A DNA stretch of 59,117 nucleotides, filler included, from Sphacelaria rigidula (lineage: Eukaryota), in the NCBI GenBank assembly GCA_964200075.2. It is 9 parts of 9 records of this genome, joined end to end, with 100 filler letters (N's around TTAATTAATTAA, not from the genome) between each part and the next. Parts side by side here need not be neighbours in the genome. Positions count along the whole stretch, not along the records: positions 6,581 to 13,060 come from CAXNAA020019831.1; positions 13,161 to 19,640 come from CAXNAA020019832.1; positions 19,741 to 26,220 come from CAXNAA020019833.1; 6 more parts are not named here. One strand, 5' to 3'. Each line of letters opens with the position of its first letter. The first letter of the stretch is position 1. This document shows, in pieces, positions 12,541-25,551 of the stretch. The notes under the pieces are model-generated. The model searched no databases. It worked only from the letters and a program-made list of their open reading frames with translations, and had not been told where the DNA came from. A program made the translations under genes and the position numbers.

Positions 12541-13160
12541 AATGGCTTGTACATGCACGCCATGCGTGATAAGTTCCACGTGAGCGCCCGTACATGTGCC
12601 CAACCTTCGGATCAATGCGGAACCTACGTAAGTCACATAGGTTAATTAATCTGCAGTCATGGGACCTGAACTACACACACTAATCTCCAATCTGTAATGT
12701 GCACAAGATGCCTGAACTGTACGATGTGTTGAATGTTACCCACCCTCGGGTGATTCTGGGACCCAACACTCGGCAAAGAGGTGAATTCTGCCATTTCATG
12801 TTTATGGGGCCTGTATCACGCGTATTTTCTTCCACAGGTAATGCGCGCTTCATATCTGTAGTACATATGTTCTCGACCGTCGGGCCCATGCGGGACGAGT
12901 AGGACCACTCGAAAACTTGAAAGATGTGTTCGTCACGAGTTGCAGATGTGTGCGAGCATGATAAATGACTCCTCCCGCACTTGAGTGGAGGTTGCCCGAA
13001 TATGTAAACATGTACATGCATGTGTACACGTACGAAGCAAAGATGGAGATGCCCTGATGTNNNNNNNNNNNNNNNNNNNNNNNNNNNNNNNNNNNNNNNN
13101 NNNNTTAATTAATTAANNNNNNNNNNNNNNNNNNNNNNNNNNNNNNNNNNNNNNNNNNNN

Positions 13161-14190
13161 CCCCTCGTCCGTCCCGGCTTCGTAGGGATGCGAGGTCAAC
13201 GATCTTATGACTACGGCGTGCAAGATCATGAGCACACCCTTGTCGTCCCCTGCAAGGACCATTGCGAATGCCCTCAAAACGTCCCCGCAACAGGAGAAGG
13301 GATAGGTACGAGAATACTGCGCAGTGCGGTGGAAATAACCACGGTACCAATCCCTGTTTCGTTCCTCAGGGGCGTCATGACAGTCACAAAGAGCTTGTGC
13401 AATGAGGTGCACCATCAATACAACGTATGAGGTCAACGGGAAAAAGAGTATTCTGCACATATTTTTGGGCGCAGCAAAAACTCACCCCCCCCCTTCCCAC
13501 TGCTGTCTCCGGAAGTGACAATACCAGAAAATGAAGCAACTCATCGGAGGCTGTCAAACAAACGCAAGGTATTCAGTGCACTTCGGGCCGAACACATGAC
13601 GGCGCTTCGCGTTTGGTAATTAATTGCGAGCCTGGTCCGGCGAAAACCCAGCGTGCTCCGTCCCGGCTTTGTAGGGACGCGAGATCAATGGCCATACGAC
13701 TGCGGCATGCACGATCATGACACAACCCATCCCTTCCCCGTGCTCATTGCACGGTCACAACGAAAGAGGCGCAATGCCCTCTGTAGGTACTAATATCTCA
13801 AACCCCAAATGCAACCGTTTCAAAATAGCAATCAGGTATGAAGCGCGGTCTGCCCTTGAGTCCTTGCTGGATAATGTCCAAAAACTAGACACGAGTTGCG
13901 CGCACGTGGGGGGGGGGGGGGGGGGGCTAATGATTTTGCATTCCGTAGTTAAGTGGAAATTGACTTCCCCCCCCTTCCAACCGGGGCCGGAGACCGCGGG
14001 NNNNNNNNNNTGGTCGGTTCTTAGAGATAGACAATGTCGCGTACTTAGCGGGGGGGGGGGGGGGGGGGGGGGGGGGGGTGTACTAATGATCTTGCATGCC
14101 GTAGTCATATGGAAATTGACTTCGCACCCCTGCAAAGCCGGGACGGAGCACGCGGGTTTTCGCTGGACTAGGCTCGCGATGATTTGCCTG
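13161..14190. mobile_element. Cluster of four retroelement 3'-end fragments (family B), two on each strand
   Basis: Motif GTGCTCCGTCCCGGCTTTGTAGGGATGCGAGGTCAATGG...GGCATGCA.GATCATGAG(T/C)AAC-like end plus C-rich tail at ~13161-13240(+), ~13500-13740(+), ~13907-14000(-) and ~14050-14185(-). Confidence 0.75.
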
Positions 14191-15656
14191 GGGGAGGGGG
14201 GAGAGGGGGCATTGTCGCGAGGAGATGACGCTGACAAACCTGAGGGACGAATAGACCTGGGGACCCAGGAATGTCAAACAGTGTTACCTGCGGCATGTGC
14301 GGTGTGATATTAGCAAGTTTTTTTTGAAGACAGCTGGTGCTCATGTGCACCTATACCGTGCTATACGTTCGGACGAGGCCCAAACCATAACGGCGAGTCG
14401 CAGAGTACCGTAGATGACGGGTACAACGATCGTGGTATGTATCAACGACACGCAGTAGATCATCCTCTGAAGAACACCCCTGGGTGTCGATTTTCAGCTA
14501 TTTTTGGCACCCCGCATGATCCGTTGGCCCCCAGGGTGCCCAGGTTGTTTCATTCGGGTCTTCTATTTATTCCTTATGTGAAACGCATTCCCATTCAAAA
14601 GATGACACTCAGAGGAAGAAAGCGATATTGATATCTGGAGCCCCGCAAAGAGGTACGTAGTATATCACCCCCCAGATACCACCCTCAGGATGACAGCTGT
14701 TAGGCGCCTAAAACAAATTCCTCGCGGGTCGTACACACCTTCATCTACACTACAGATCAAGACAACATGCCGAAGACAAATCCATGCGGCGCATCGTAGG
14801 GAGCACGACAAACCGTGTACTACAATACAGCAACATAAATAGCGCACAGATCTGCAAATTTGAATTTCCAATCGCGATCCGGTTGCTGCACGCCGCACAC
14901 ACGCAGATACATTTCCGCACAACTGCGCATCACACCCATCATGGCATTGGACAGCCAATATCTGAAAGCTACCACAGGTTCTTTAACATGGGATGAACTC
15001 CACTGCCATGGGGTAAACGCGTCAAGCACACACACAAGTCACCAAGCATCCTTGCAAACCCCCAAGGAAAGCGTCGTTTCTCCGCGTTTGGCCATGTTCA
15101 GTGGAACTTGCATGTTGGCATAGCACTAGAAGAACCAGAAACCGCCCATTGCTCTGGCCTCCGCCCATAGTTCAAATTCACAGTATATCTCACCTCCACC
15201 GCAGTACATGCTCAACGTTATCCTTTCCCCCGAGATTTTCTTCGAGCTAAGGTGCACGGTGCGGCAGGCGGTGGGCGAGAGCAACCCGTTCGTCTGGATA
15301 AAAACAAGAAGGATACAGATATCATTGTTCACGGGATATAACACCCCCCGGGGGGGAAATGATTTGGCCCAATTTTCTCGTCACAAATACGTTGAATGTG
15401 TCGTGATCAAAAGCCTCTATTTTAGAATGATCCCCAGTTAGTTTTTTTTCGCATCGATGACCTGAGAAATAAAACCTTGACGGCTTTATTGTCATTCCTG
15501 AGTTTGACCAACGGGTGTTGACAGTTTTGATCAGTATGACGTAATAGCTAAAAACAAAAGAGAGGAAGGGTGCGAGCTAGGGACTGAGCGAGGAGCAAAC
15601 GCACACGGGGACAGGTAACAGAGAACAGAGGGCACGGAGAAGGGCAAACCAGGACC

Positions 15657-15936
15657 ATGCCGAAAGATGGCGAAAAAATCGACGAGAAAGAAACCGCGGT
15701 GAAATCAGAGACCACAGCAGGCGGAAACACCGAGGATACAAACGGTCCTCCCTCTTCCGTCACTGCTGCGGACAGCAAGGCCAACGGCGGAGGCGCCAGC
15801 AGCAGCAGTAGCAGCGGGGAAAAGGCTGTCGATGAGGAGCAACAAGATGAACAGGACCAGAAAAACAAGAAGATGGGTTCAGATGCTATTGCAGTGGCAG
15901 TGAAGGCCGGGAATATCAATATTCACCGCGAAGAAC
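15657..15936 (+). CDS. PRPF4: U4/U6 snRNP protein Prp4 (PRPF4), exon 1
   Basis: ATG-initiated acidic/low-complexity N-terminus ending IAVAVKAGNINIHREE (compare the AGNINI motif of PRPF4). GT donor at 15937; phase 1 matches the next exon. Confidence 0.8.
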
Positions 15937-16940
15937 GTGAGATATGCAGTTTTGTAATTAAATGAAGTAAGATTGTAGACGTCGTCGCATGTGTTGCGCC
16001 CTCGCCCCGCAACGTTCAACAGACCGTACGTGACTAGCGAATCAAAGGACCGTGCCTTTACGTGTTATCTGCAGATGGCGCTGTTTTGACGTCCGAAAGT
16101 AATCGATTTTCTTCGCTCAGTGCTCTTCCAAGCACCCTAGGTGGCAGAGTGCCATCCATAAAACGCCCCCCCCCCCCCCCCCCCCCGGGCAACCCCGCCG
16201 GGGGGGGGGTTTTTTAATGGGGGGGGGGTTTTAACTGCCCGCCTGTGGNNNNNNNNNNCTGCTCCCGCTCCCTCCCCAACCCCCTGGGGGGCGGGGGACC
16301 CCCCCCAAAACCCCCCCCCCCCCCCCCCATTCACGGGACAACCCGATCGGGGCTGGTATCTTTCAATGGGGGTGATATTCACCGTACCCGCTTGTGGCAT
16401 TTGTCATTGCAGTAACTTTATTTTGCAGTGTTGATCTACCGCATGTGATTCCATGACTGACTGCCTAGCGAATATCTTTCTGAAGCTTTGGTCTACAACT
16501 ACGAGTGGTCGAAGTTCATACTATTTGCGGGACGGGGTTAATTGATTCATCATGACTGGTGCACACAGCTGCCGCCAGGTGGTCATAGATGGCAGCTTAA
16601 GGTTGCGTACATCAGTCGTTGTGCGCAGGCAATCTTCTAAGGGAGGATCTTGCTGTTCAGTGCAGTATCAGACAGCATCTGGATGAAGAATGCCCTCGGC
16701 TTTTGATTGCTTAGCTCTGCACTAAATCCAAGTGATCGACCCAAATTAGTGAGCAGTGGCACAGTTTTTTCGTAGTTGCCCCAAGGAGGTGGTCCTGAGG
16801 AACTCCTATTTGTAGATTTTGCATGGTATTCGCCATGATCCTCTAGCGGCCACCCACCTTCCAGCGGGCCTTCGGGGCGTCAGATATCAGACAGCCGTGT
16901 TCCAGCCCATCACTAAAGCACCCACGGGTGTGTGTCCGAG

Positions 16941-17079
16941 GACACCCTGGACATATGATTATACTGTAAAAAAATGTACTGCGCACATTTTTGGAATATA
17001 TTGTCTATTGCAATAGGCGCAGTAGTCGATACTGTACGCAGTACACTGTTTGACTGTGCATTCTGTTCTCCAGGGTGTG
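16941..17079. mobile_element. ~140-bp MITE-like element (copy 1)
   Basis: Terminal inverted repeats ACACCCTGGA...TCCAGGGTGT. The internal sequence is the reverse complement of the copy at 55962-56103. Confidence 0.7.
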
Positions 17080-17949
17080 GTGTCCTCCCTGTTGAATCGG
17101 CATCGTGTGTTCACTTGCGCCATAGCCGACCACCTCCTCTTTGTTCGCGAGCACCACCCCCCGGAACATGACACGCATTCCGTGTGTCCCTAAACCCTGG
17201 ATCTCGTACATTACATTATTTAACGAAGCAGATGTTTTTCACGTCGTGCCAGGAGTCCGCACACCTAGGGCTCATCTGACGGGGTTTTGCGGCCAAGGGT
17301 TCATGTGCCTGAAATTTGACGTTAAACCAAAACATCCTGGGGGGGGGGGGGGGGTTGGGAAGGGGGATTGCGAAGCTTCAATACGTTGGGCGAAACACCT
17401 GAAAAAACGAGGAGAGAGAGAGAGGGAGAGAGAGGGGGAGAGAGAGAGAGAGAGAGAGAGGAAGGGTAGAAATAGTTGTTAGGTGCCCGCGGTTTGTTTA
17501 CGGAGCAGTTGTTGTATTTTCGCTGTGCGTGTTCTAACGCGAAATGTCACCTGTATCCGGAGGGATATGAAATGCAGGGGGAAGCTTCCACACGTCGCAT
17601 AGCTCATGAGTTACCTAAAGATTACTTCTCATGAGTCTACCGATCCGGATCATGAGCTGGCTCATTTGACCCCCTTTTCCACATCAGCTCCCTACAGTGT
17701 TGGACGCCCATTACGCGGAGTAGCGCAATCTTACAGTAGCGCTTTGGCTTCTCAGACCCTGCTGTCACATATCTCGTGTTCTTCGGCAACGGGTCTGAGA
17801 GCCCTCTTGGATTTTCAATTATTTTAGGTAGCTCATGAACTGTCCGACGTGTGAAGTTTTTTCTCAAGAAGATGGGAATGTGTCGAAATCAGCGTGACGT
17901 GCTTGTTTAGGCGGCTCATTTTTCTGGTCAAAAATAGTGAAGAAATGGT

Positions 17950-18080
17950 TGGGGGGAGGAGGAGGGGGGAGGGGGGTACTCATGATGTTGCAATCCGTAG
18001 TCATGAGACCATTGACCTCGCATCCCTACAAAGCCGGAGTGGAGCACGCCGGGTTTTCGCCGGACCAGACTCGGCGGGGG
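17950..18080 (-). mobile_element. Family B retroelement 3'-end fragment in PRPF4 intron 1
   Basis: G-tract + GTACTCATGATGTTGCAATCCGTAGTCATGAGACCATTGACCTCGCATCCCTACAAAGCCGGAGTGGAGCACGCC. Confidence 0.75.
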
Positions 18081-18194
18081 GGTCGCAGGGGGTTCTGCTT
18101 TCACGAGTTATTTCATAACGTCTACAAAAAATATGTTCGAAAGTTTTTAGTTCTCATTCCTGTCTGCCTGTACCATGGAACATGACCACCTCAG

Positions 18195-18336
18195 ATACGG
18201 AGATCATGGACCTTTCCGAGGAGAGCAAGGGGGCTCAAGAAGAGCATGCTAAGCTGCTCCGTCAGGTGGAGGCAGACAGACGGGCCAGGACTATGGTGGT
18301 GCCGACCATCCCGGCAGATGTAGCATTGCGGCTCAG
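18195..18336 (+). CDS. PRPF4: PRPF4 exon 2 (start of PRP4/SFM motif); the rest of the gene is not in this contig
   Basis: CAG acceptor and GTAACT donor. Reads (H)TEIMDLSEESKGAQEEHAKLLRQVEADRRARTMVVPTIPADVALRL(R), like the Prp4 RRARxxxVPTxDxxVxxxLR motif, in frame with exon 1. Confidence 0.8.
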
Positions 18337-19039
18337 GTAACTATTTACAGTACACTACAGTTGTTGCATGTTCATCACCGAGATTTGCCTATGTTACGTT
18401 GTAGATGTTAGCATTGTGCCTCAGGTAGTTAAAACAAAAAACACCTTGGGGATACTCAATTCCTTTTCTTGCAAGTGTTGAATATGTTGCGCCTGGGGTA
18501 GACATAATGTTGATTTGAGCGATGACATTGTGGCTTAGATAGTTGTCGATTCAAACGTGGGGTGAGGACTCTCGAGTATTTTCCTCCTCAAGATTGAAAT
18601 GTTTTGCACCTAAAAGCGTGGGGCATTTGGAAGTCGATATTACGGTTCAGGTAGTAAGGATGCTTGGATTTCGACAATGTGACATTTCCGAGGATGTGAA
18701 TGTTCAAAACTTGCCATCGCGGGTGAGAGATTGCGAATTTGGCAGTTTGTTGAAAAAACAAAATAGGAAAGGGGGGGTATCACCCAGAATATTGACGCTA
18801 CTTGAAGTGGTCCAAGAACTGTTTTTGAAAAAACGAAAATAACGTTTTTGGCGCCCAGACCGCTATTTGGATATAGGTTGAACGGATTTGGGGGGGGGGG
18901 GGATTCAAAGTGCTTTAGTTACTCATTGATCCTACTGGCTAACGCAAATCAGTCGCCAGATGATCCTTGATGAAAACTCCTGTAAGTGCCACGTCCAACT
19001 CGCGTTCACCCGTGTTCAGTCAGATAGATCATTCCCTAG

Positions 19040-19510
19040 CATCGATGAATGTCCAGGCGGGAATGTGACAGCTCCCATTTTTTTTCGTTCGTCTCCGTTA
19101 TATTTTTAACCCCTCCCCTTCGTCGGGATGAGTCCGTGGTCTCAAAGGATCAAGCCATATCTGCCCCCGCCTGTACAAGCCTCATGTTTGGGTATCGCGG
19201 GTTGTCGTTTCAAGGAATCAACCTATATGTCTCCCTCGTTACACGCCTTATTACATTTTGGTATCGCGGAGTGGATCATGATCAGCACTCTCGCACCGTG
19301 TCGACTCTCTCTCTCGAACAAACTCAGTAACTGGTCAAAACGAACTCTTTTTTGCCACTCACGTACGTCCCCACGCTTTCAACGACGAAATGAATACGCA
19401 ACTTAAAAAAGAATTTAAATTATTATGAACATCTCTGATGGGACCTCGAACCCATATCCTTCCCGACGTAATTGCGTCAGGTGTGTAGCGTACCAGAGTG
19501 TCGGTAGGGG
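19040..19510 (-). mobile_element. tRNA-derived SINE-like element (family 2), degenerate copy
   Basis: Shares CGGGATGAGTCCGTGGTCTCAA.GGATCAA...GATCAGCACTC.CGCACCG.GTC.ACTCT with 54410-54985. B-box-like GGGTTCGAGGTCCC on the minus strand at ~19441-19454. Confidence 0.6.
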
Positions 19511-20452
19511 TACACAAGTATTTCCGAGGTTAGAATTGTTGGGAGCCCTTCATCTCAACCAAAACACGACTTATGAAAATATGCGAGAGTACGCCAGAAT
19601 TACCATTCCAATGTGCTGAGGATATCCCGAATAAATCTGCNNNNNNNNNNNNNNNNNNNNNNNNNNNNNNNNNNNNNNNNNNNNTTAATTAATTAANNNN
19701 NNNNNNNNNNNNNNNNNNNNNNNNNNNNNNNNNNNNNNNNAAAAAAACACGATAAAAACTAAGTATGTACAAGAATACATATTGTGGAAGCCCGGTGTTT
19801 GAACGAAAGATGAATTAGTGACATTTTCGTTTTTTTTTTGCTTTTGGGGCAAAACACACATACACACATCGATTGGCTTATAGATTGGTTGGTTAGTTGA
19901 TTGTCGCACATTACTCGATTGCTACGAAAAAAGCCGCGGTCATCAGATAGACGCATCTAAGGTTGAGAAACCGCAAGACTCGCGGAAGGACTCGACAAAA
20001 ACGGGAAACGAAAAAAAAACAGAGAAGAGGAAGGAAAAAAAAATGAAGTAACGAGAAAAACAACAACAACAAAACAAACGAAGGGGTAAGGAAAGAAAAA
20101 AAAGGAGAGAAAATATAATAAAAGTGCCAAACTAAACCCAAGTACACTGTTGTTCCGGTCCCCCCTGAAATAACGAAGGGCCCCTTGCCGCATGACTTGA
20201 GGTGAAGACAATGTAGAAAAAACAAAGAAATAAACATAAAGAACGAATAAATGCATTGGAATGGGATTTCGACACAACAGCATGAAAATTCGAGAGCCAA
20301 CTGCCACGGTATTGACGTTTGGGTGAACTCGCGAACAAACAATCGTACCCCGAGCAGAACGCAAAAAAAAGCCTTTTTTTCTCAAGCTGTGACCGATACA
20401 GGAAGATACACATGATGTGTTTCATCCCTGGTGGTGGTGCGTAGTACAGTAC

Positions 20453-20599
20453 CTCCAACTCGTCCTCAGGCGTGGAATAAAGTAGCGCTTCGGCAAAAGC
20501 CCCACCGCCACCATCTCCGCACTGCCCGCCTGCAAAATGTCCGCTGCCGCCTCCCGCCCCCCATGCCTGTACTTTCAGGCATCGGCACCCGCCAGGCAC
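20453..20599 (-). CDS. Internal exon of a glycine-rich-domain protein (WGAGGG...GDGGGGA motif, ALK/LTK-GRD-like)
   Basis: CTCAG acceptor, GTACTG donor, 147 nt, phase 0-0: VPGGCRCLKVQAWGAGGGSGHFAGGQCGDGGGGAFAEALLYSTPEDELE. Possible upstream exons at ~21631-21742 (DFRFVRPEDVYLVDNDL...) and ~22198-22250 are less certain. Confidence 0.6.
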
Positions 20600-22549
20600 C
20601 TGAGCAATATATATTTCAAAAGTTTTCCCGCGGTAGGGAGCGGGGGGTGGGGTCGATCGAGCATTTCTTTCGCGAAGGAGTCGCGCGGAGGACACATTCG
20701 TGGGGGCAGCAAAGAGGACGTTGGATGGTCTCGAAGTCGATAGTCAGCGAGGTACCGACGGCAACATGACGATGACGCTCTACTCCGCGAGCATGGACGA
20801 ACGGACATGCGCCATTCTATTGGCACCCGCAGACCCCACCCTCGCTCGGGAGAATGCGGATCTGAATGGAAGGGTTGATGTGATTGGAAGTTATTGGATG
20901 GAGGACACATTGCTTCGGCCATTTGGTTTTACACCCCCCTCCCCTACCGCGTGGGATGGGCCTCTCGCGGTAGGTGTTGGGTCATGTTTTTACATAGAGA
21001 GAACAAAGCGCGTGCGGTTTTCTCGGGAGGAGTGCATGTGTGCGTAAGCTGGTGCCGACGTTTGTTCACGTGTTTGAAATTCAAGTGCCATCGATCTTTC
21101 CGCTTGCACTATAATACAACTCCAACACATTCCATGGCGATGTTCAGATGCCGGCAGACACGAGGATTCCGCTGCACGCACACGACATCTGATTGGTTGG
21201 TTGATCGATTGGTTGATAGATCGATTGGTTGCCGCACATTAACTGATGTTCGAGGTAGTCATGATCCAGCCTTGCCGTAGTCATTATCCAATAGACAGAC
21301 ATACCCAAAGTAAATCACAACGGAAACACTGGCTAAAAAGGGAAAGCCGAAAAAGGGGGAAAAAACAAGAAAGGAAGGGAGGAAAATCGAAAGAACGCCA
21401 CAGTCGATCTAGTTCCTTGCACATGACTCTAATCACTCTAATCCGGTCGCCGAACCGAAGCGACAAGCAAGAACGTCGTTGGCAGTGTGCCGCCAGGCTT
21501 CGCGAATCGGAAACACTTCTGCGATAAAAAAAAAAGAGTTTTTTTTGCTCATTTGATTCGATATGGCATAACTTGATCTGATTCAATTTGATCCGGTGAT
21601 TTGATTCGTCATGATATGATATGGCTTAACCTTCAATTGTTTCGATCTGGTTATCGCACATCAACTGATCTTCGGGGGATCTAGCTGCGGTTAGGTCGTT
21701 ATCCACAAGATAGACATCCTCAGGGCGAACAAAACGGAAATCCTCGCGAAAGGAAAATCGAGAAACGGGGAACACGTACAAACAAAGAACATGGCGAAGT
21801 AGACGACAACGAGAGACAAGAACATGACGTGCAAGCACAAAAGGGTGAGTCCCAAGGGCACACGTCGACAACACTCATCTCTGGAGACCTTCACAAGGTG
21901 CAGAGGGAATGTGCGTTGCCGAGGTGACCCTTTCGGAGTCCTGGTGGGGTGCAGAGGGTCCATGAGCCCCATTGGTGTGGTACCGTACATGGCAGCGTGT
22001 ACGACCCATGGGTGATGAATTTTACGGACCCGGAATCTTATCACTTGGTACTCGGGGATGTGCTATGCGATGTACCCCCAGAATTGTGCAAAAAATCCGG
22101 AATATTGGCACCCAGAGGTGCTCTTCAGGAGTGTACCTTTGCGATACATCGCGTCAACTGTCTTATTTCGTAAAATATTGAGCACAGAGTCAGTTACCCG
22201 TAGGATGGGCGGGGAGGACGTGTACTGCACCAAGGAGAACATGATAATGCCTGAACGATTCAAATTCTTCAGCCTTTGTAAAATCTTCGACACCCTCCCC
22301 TTGTTGGGGCGAGTGGGTGCACTGTCCGTACACCGTCGGTACACTGCCGGTACACTGGTCTCGAGGGATCAAGCGAGTTCTCTCCAGGCATCTATCTGTC
22401 CATGTGGCGATTTTGTTCATCGAGGAATGGCATCAGCACCTGTGTAGCCGCGTCGACGTTTTCGTGTAAAAACAAATACAAGCAGACGGGAAAAACACCG
22501 CAACTGTCTGATCACATATGTTATTCCTGCAAAAATCTGATGATATCAG

Positions 22550-23132
22550 TAGGCTTGTGCTTTTTATGCGCGCATATAATTTCGGATACAACGGAGTTTT
22601 GCGCATAAGCATATGCGCTTTTTCAAAAACACACGTTTTTTTAGATTTCAGCATAACAAAGGCATAAAAGCTAAGTTTTACGCATAACTTGGCGCAAACA
22701 GTACTCCGACGGGATTATGCACCTAATGTCCGGCAGCTAGTAGCTGACCACGGGTGCTCCATGTGGCGTAGTTCGTGGAGTCGTGGCGTTTGTGTTCGTC
22801 ATTTGTTTTTTGAACTTTCTTGCGGGTCTGACATCGGTTATGGTGCTGTATGCGAGCTACTTTTTGCCTATGTGAAACTGATTTGAGAAAAAAAATGAAA
22901 TCTCGAAATGTTCAACGTGCCGTCTTGTGTCCTTACTGGAAGATACGTTCCATGGGCGGTGCCGCCAGGAACCCGCTAGGAAACGCCTCAAGAAGGACGC
23001 GAAAAAGGCGCATAAGTCGCGCATATGTCACCAAAGTACGCATAAATCGGCGCATAATGTTCACTTTCGAACATGAAAAAAAAATGGAAAAACGCGCATG
23101 AAAAACAAATGCGTATAAAAAGCAAAAGCCTA
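22550..23132. mobile_element. Non-autonomous hAT DNA transposon (MITE), 583 bp
   Basis: TIRs TAGGCTTGTGCTTTTTATGCGC / GCGTATAAAAAGCAAAAGCCTA, flanked by a perfect 8-bp TSD GATATCAG (22542-22549, 23133-23140). Subterminal GCGCATA repeats; no ORF. Confidence 0.9.
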
Positions 23133-25551
23133 GATATCAGCCGTCACTCACATTGGCACCCCATAGAGGATTGTTGGGCTACCCGAAATGTATCCTCATC
23201 AGAGGAAGGATACAGGAAGGGGAATTGAATATACCTAGAGTATATACCGCGCCGTACATTTTATTATAGCCAGTCCTCCAAACTAAACGTTGTACGAACG
23301 GATCATGAAAGCAACAAGATGGCGAGAAACGTGGCGCAAATTGCTGTTTGGGGTCAATGGTATGGAGTTATTCGTGTGGGATGCCTTTTTCTCTCAACCT
23401 CTTTTCAGCAGATCATGCATTGTATTTCACGCCTAGCACAAGGCATCAGTTAAGGTTATGGTTGTTCCGTGGAACAAGCTCATACGAGGTCATAGGCATG
23501 TGTTCACTCGGACGGAAGGATGACATGTTGTCACGGACAACATGTCGTGTGCTTTTCTTGTCCACAACAGCCACCAGTGAAGACGCCTCCTGCTCCACTT
23601 TGTAGAAGATCAGCGATTCCTACCCCCCTCCATCGTTGAATGACTCAACTCCCAAACATATTTATTTCAATGCCGGATGATAAACTACTAATAGTGCAAC
23701 TGAAATATAGTGAAAAATAGCAGCGGTATGCGTGAGACCGCCCCCCTCGCCCCCGCCCCCCGCCCTCTCTTCCCCCACCGCTTCCACGGTTTGACGCCTT
23801 TGGTGGTATAACTCCTGGGAGATGTCCATACGCGCCCCCTTGCCCATCGCTCCCAAATATATCCAATGAGCAATGTTGGCACGGCGGGGTGTGTTCACGA
23901 GGTGATGGAGGAAATAAATTTCAAACGCTTGCGTATAGGCATGTCGCAAAACGGGGCGCCCGCCTGCACTTTCGTAACTGACAATCATCGTGGATATCTC
24001 ATATATTTTCATAGCTACAAAAATCCCATTCGGCTACTGTTTGATATTACGGAACGTATGTGTTATCTAGCCTTAGACATGTTGTCCTAGGCATAACCGA
24101 CGGTGAACCCATTCTACATGCCGTAAGCATTTCACGGCCTCCGCTTCCACAAGTACAGGCATCAAACAGGGCATTCCGTCAAGACATATGTAATGCTGCG
24201 AACGTAGAAACCTGGTCCTGGCATCCTTCAACGCGCCGGGGCCGAGTGGAGCCCTAGTACATATACTTCCCGTGTCCCGTAAGTTTGCTTGGTTATGCTT
24301 ATACGGGCCCTTAACGGCGTCCCTTTTCTATTGTTCATTTGTTCTATTGCTTTCTTTGACGTTTCTTGGCTTCAAAGGCCACTTTGTTTTTCAATGCTTC
24401 CACATCCTTTCAGCGGCCGGACGGCCAACAGAAAATCCATCCAACCGGAAATTAACCGTATGTCGCCCCGATTGGGACAAAAAATGGAGAAAATGGAAGG
24501 CCTGGAGAGAATGCAAAAAACGCAGAAAAACTTGAATAATGGTATTGATTCATGTCTTCCCTTGAAACTGCGCTGCCTACGCACTGTCAGAACGCACCTA
24601 CATAAGTGATCATCTCTTGTTTACTATGGCACCCGCAAAAAACGTCACCGTGCAGCCGAAAGTGGTATCACATGGTGAAAATAGGTCAAGAGGTGGGCCA
24701 TTTTTGACCAAAATATGTCTGGGATATTTTTTTTCTTAAATTATTTCACCAGTTTCGTCTTCGTTTTGTCCTTCTAACGAACCCGGCAACGGCACCGTCA
24801 TCTTAACCGTTTTACCAAGCGGACGTATGGGACAGAGGAAGCATATACATACAAATATACATGTGTGTGTACTACGGTGGCCACTTGCTTGTCATACTCG
24901 TATAAGCAACACTACATCTCATTCAAATGACCATTTATTTTATTTTTCGTTCGGCCCTTGTTGCTCATGCGCTCACCTTGCGCCGTCACTTGTTGCATGA
25001 GTCTTAGCTTTGGGTGAGATATACGGTGGGTTCTTCACTCTCTGGGGGTTAAACGCCCGACGCTCTCATGAGGATCTCGACGACTATTGCTCGTTCATTG
25101 ATTTCACTTGTAAGTGCGATCATTTCTCGCTGGGCTTCGTTCCATGTGCCTCAGAGCTTAGAAAAGAAGAAAACAAACTATCACGTACTTACCAGCTGTA
25201 AAAAAACTCGACTCTTTGTACCGCGTTTTCCTACAGTCGTGCTCGTACAGCCGATGCCTGGTCCACTCTCGACCATTTTGCACCCAAATTTGTCTAAAAA
25301 AAGACTGCTCTCTATATTGAGCGACACATCGACATGTGTTACTTAGTCCGTAACTACCGTGGTAACTGCGTGCGTGCTTCTCGGACTTCAACGCCGACAA
25401 ATTCACAAAAAATGAAGTTCGGGTTTCAGGCATCGCACAAGCCATGCCACAGTCATCAACCTCCGTAACTCCGAAAACACGTTCTGCACCCTGCTTCATT
25501 TCCACCCGCGAACTGATGCACGTAATCCTTATGGCGTAGACGGAGACGGGC

